A DNA stretch of 64,000 bases, from the NCBI GenBank assembly GCA_038230375.1, contig JBBRNJ010000020.1, positions 45,286 to 109,285 of the forward strand, written 5' to 3'. Shown here piece by piece: positions 61,356 to 64,000 of the stretch (positions are counted from its first letter, which is position 1; every line of letters begins with the position of its first letter). The notes below the pieces were generated by a model. The model was not told the DNA's origin, did no database searches, and was given only the letters and a program-made list of their open reading frames with translations. The position numbers were made by a program, and so were the translations under genes. The DNA comes from Polyangiales bacterium. Lineage in GTDB: Bacteria; Myxococcota_A; Polyangia; Polyangiales; Polyangiaceae.

Positions 61356-61961
61356 TCAGTGCTGCTGCACGAAGTTCATGGGCACGCTGGCCTCCGCGCA
61401 GCCGCCCGTAGGAGACGGGAAACTCGAAGAGCGGAACGTGTTGAGCACGCAACTCGAGACCTGCGAGCTGTTGAGCTCGTTGGTGCCGATGTTTGCAGAG
61501 CAGACCGTGCCATTGGAGCCGATGCGGAGCGACACGCTGAGCTTGCCGGTGAGGGTGTTGTCGCTCGCGAGTGCGTTGTTGTAGCAGCGACGAGATGCGC
61601 GCGCGCGGGCTCCGAGCGCGGCCTCGAGGTCGGCGTTCGTCCTGCCGCTGCACACCTTCGCGTCGCACCCGTTCGTCGCGACGTAGGTCGCCGTCTGCTT
61701 CGGCGGGGGCGCTGCGTCTGCGGATGCCACGGGGTCGGGCGGAGGAGGAATGTAGTCCTCGTTCCTGCGCGGGGGAGGAGGGAGAGTCGCGGAGACGGAG
61801 GCGCTGGGCACGGTGCCCACATCGTCCGTCTGGGTCTTCTTCCAGTAGATCAACCCGCCGACGCCACCGAGCAGCAGCAGCACCAGCACGATGTACTTAC
61901 CGTTGCCTCCGGACGGCACGCCAGCGGGAGCTGCGGTCGACGACGGGGGTTTGGAGTTCAT
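61356..61961 (-). CDS. AgmX/PglI C-terminal (TonB-C-like) domain membrane protein
   Basis: TM, Pro-rich linker, RRCYNNAL...LTGKL..LRIG.NG.V...CV.....FP. Confidence 0.8.
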   Translation of the reverse strand: MNSKPPSSTAAPAGVPSGGNGKYIVLVLLLLGGVGGLIYWKKTQTDDVGTVPSASVSATLPPPPRRNEDYIPPPPDPVASADAAPPPKQTATYVATNGCDAKVCSGRTNADLEAALGARARASRRCYNNALASDNTLTGKLSVSLRIGSNGTVCSANIGTNELNSSQVSSCVLNTFRSSSFPSPTGGCAEASVPMNFVQQH

Positions 61962-62045
61962 AGAAAGGGGGTCCTCGAATGGAAGCGCAAGCTAGGGCTC
62001 CGGGATGGCAGGTGAGTATAAGAGAAGCGGACCAACCCGGGGAAC

Positions 62046-62609
62046 TTATTGCTTGATGCCCAGGGAGACGTGCGTGTCACCGTACGCGCGTGTCTCGTCC
62101 CACGACATGCCCGGCACCAGGGGCGGCGGGTCCCGCTTTCCGTGCTCCAGCACCAGGACGCCGTCCGCGGTGAGCCACGCTAGGCAGATGGCGAGCTCCA
62201 GAGGCAACTCCGGCGACGTCACGCGTGCATAGGGAGGGTCCACGAACACCAGGTCGAACTCGGGGGCCTTTGCGCGGGCAAGGGTGGCAAGGGCCTTGTC
62301 CACGGGTGCCTGGAGCAGCTGCATCTGCGACGCCACGCCGAGCTGGGCGGCGTTCTCGCGGATGGCCGCCGCAGCCGCCCGATCCTTGTCCACGAGGACC
62401 GCCGTGGCAGCGCCCCGGGACAGCGCATCGAACGAGAGCGCGCCCGTACCGGCATAGAGATCGAGGACGCGGGCACCCGCTGGCAACGCGCCGCGCGCCG
62501 TCAGCGCCGAGAAGAGCGCCTCCCGGACGCGGTCCGTCGTCGGCCGTGTGAGGTCACCCTTGGGCGCCACGAGCCGCCGCGAGCGAAGAGAGCCACCCGT
62601 GATCCGCAC
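62046..62609 (-). CDS. rsmD: 16S rRNA (guanine966-N2)-methyltransferase
   Basis: MRITGG, RPTTDRVREALF, LDLYAGTG, SRGA, DPPY, YG. Confidence 0.94.
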   Translation of the reverse strand: MRITGGSLRSRRLVAPKGDLTRPTTDRVREALFSALTARGALPAGARVLDLYAGTGALSFDALSRGAATAVLVDKDRAAAAAIRENAAQLGVASQMQLLQAPVDKALATLARAKAPEFDLVFVDPPYARVTSPELPLELAICLAWLTADGVLVLEHGKRDPPPLVPGMSWDETRAYGDTHVSLGIKQ

Positions 62610-62701
62610 CCCGTCACTCTACCATCCTACGCAGCGCACCTACACCAACCGCCCTCAAAGGACTGTCGAAGCTCACTGCGGCCTCGTGTAGACTCGTGAA
62701 C

Positions 62702-63868
62702 ATGGACCGTCGTGCCCTCTCGCGGACCGCGTCGATTTTGGCCAGTGCTGGCCTCGTCTCGATCTTCTCTTCCACGCCGGCACGCGCCGAAGACCCGGGC
62801 CCGAAGGTTCACTCGGTCGCGGTGCTCGGTATCGGCTCCGACGACGCAGAGGAGCAAGCGGAGGCACTGACGACCACCCTGCGAACGAAGGTCCGCGCCG
62901 CGTCGGGCTGGTCTCTGGGCGAAGCAAACCAGTCGCTCAGCATGCTCACAGCGGCGCTCAAGTGTCCGCAGGTTCCAGACGGCGCGTGCGAGCAGCGCAT
63001 CGCCGAGCAGATCAAATCCGACCGCTACGTCTGGGGCACCATGCGCAAGGGCCCGGCCGGCAAGGTGAGCGTGGAGCTCCACTTCTTCGAGAAGGGGAAG
63101 GCCAGCGTCGTCGCCGGCTCATCGTACAGCGAAAATTTGAAGGACCAGAATGACGACTCGCTCCGGCGAGAGGCTCAGGCGCTCCTCGCGAAGCTGCAAT
63201 CCACTTCGGTGGGTTCCGTGAACATCCGGTCCACGGTCTCCGACGGCGACGTTACAATCGACGGGACGCGCAAGGAGGTGCTGAAGGGCGGCATGCTCAG
63301 GGTCGATCTCGCGTCCGGCGCACACACGATCGACGTGAACCCGGCCGGCGCACCCGCCGAGCACAAGAACGTGGACGTGGTCGGCGGCAGCACCACGCAG
63401 GTCACTGCGGGCCCACCCCCCGTGATCGATGGAGACACGGGACTGGTGGTCTCCAAGCGCAAGGTGCTCGGCATCGGCGCCGGGGTGCTCGGCATCGGGG
63501 CGGCCGTGACTGGCATCGCCTTCGGTGTCGCGTGGAAGGGGCTCCAGGACGAGAACGACGCGAAGCTGAAGGACGTGCCGAAGGGCGCGGACGTGACCAC
63601 GCTCTGCAACGACAAAGGCGCTGCGAGCAACGCGTGCAGTCACTACAACGCGAACAACGGCACCGCGCAGCTCTATAGCGGACTGGGCGTGGGCTTCGGC
63701 GTGCTCGCCGCCGCGGGGATCGGCGCCAGCGTGTACCTGCTCTTCATCAACCCGAACGGCACCAACGCAGCCGACCCCGATGCGAAGGTCACGGCGCAGC
63801 CAAGCGTGCACTTGCTCCCGCAAGTTGGACCCAACGGCGGCGCCATGACCGTCGCCGGCTCTTTCTAG
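62702..63868 (+). CDS. Exported PEGA-domain-like protein
   Basis: Signal peptide ending ARA; VTIDG...LASGAHTI PEGA-like segment; C-terminal hydrophobic hairpin and terminal GSF. Confidence 0.7.
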   Translation: MDRRALSRTASILASAGLVSIFSSTPARAEDPGPKVHSVAVLGIGSDDAEEQAEALTTTLRTKVRAASGWSLGEANQSLSMLTAALKCPQVPDGACEQRIAEQIKSDRYVWGTMRKGPAGKVSVELHFFEKGKASVVAGSSYSENLKDQNDDSLRREAQALLAKLQSTSVGSVNIRSTVSDGDVTIDGTRKEVLKGGMLRVDLASGAHTIDVNPAGAPAEHKNVDVVGGSTTQVTAGPPPVIDGDTGLVVSKRKVLGIGAGVLGIGAAVTGIAFGVAWKGLQDENDAKLKDVPKGADVTTLCNDKGAASNACSHYNANNGTAQLYSGLGVGFGVLAAAGIGASVYLLFINPNGTNAADPDAKVTAQPSVHLLPQVGPNGGAMTVAGSF

Positions 63869-63876
63869 CTAGCTCC

Positions 63877-64000
63877 TGCTTGTCCGGTTGTTTCAGCAAG
63901 ACCCTGCCGGTAGTATGGGGTCTTGCCCAGGCCATCGTTTCCAGCAAACTTGCGGGAATTTCAGGCTCGCTTCGCGGGCGAAGAGGCGTGTGCGCAGTAC
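63877..64000 (+). mobile_element. IS1595-family insertion sequence, left end
   Basis: TTG 63923 ORF MPRPSFPANLREFQARFAGEEACAQY matches the IS1595 transposase N-terminus; candidate IR TGCTTGTCCGGTTGTTTCAGC. Confidence 0.75.

Overview
High-GC chromosomal window from a myxobacterium, probably Polyangiaceae/Labilithrix-like. This is inferred from a MYXO-CTERM protein, many Cys-lipoproteins, FGE-sulfatase paralogs, an AgmX-type protein and a Ser/Thr kinase. Housekeeping genes are dacB, hmgA/hppD, pyrG, lpxC, htrA-like, truA and rsmD. The window is rich in metal-related genes. (1) A copZ-copA-csoR operon has a CsoR-type operator and runs on into lpxC. (2) An 8-gene, ~8.5 kb operon joins a lipoprotein, a MYXO-CTERM surface protein, two c-type cytochrome lipoproteins and an ECF T+S-like fusion to molybdenum storage protein genes (mosA/mosB-like) and modA; modBC lie 4.9 kb downstream. 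(3) An unlisted 51-aa metallothionein sits between two paralogous Zn-ribbon lipoproteins carrying xYGxP motifs, which are candidate radical-SAM splicease substrates. (4) A thioredoxin-fused MauG-type diheme enzyme is paired with a beta-propeller lipoprotein. An IS1595-family element begins at the right edge. I saw no rRNA, tRNA or CRISPR array. All calls come from reading motifs by eye; no database searches were run.
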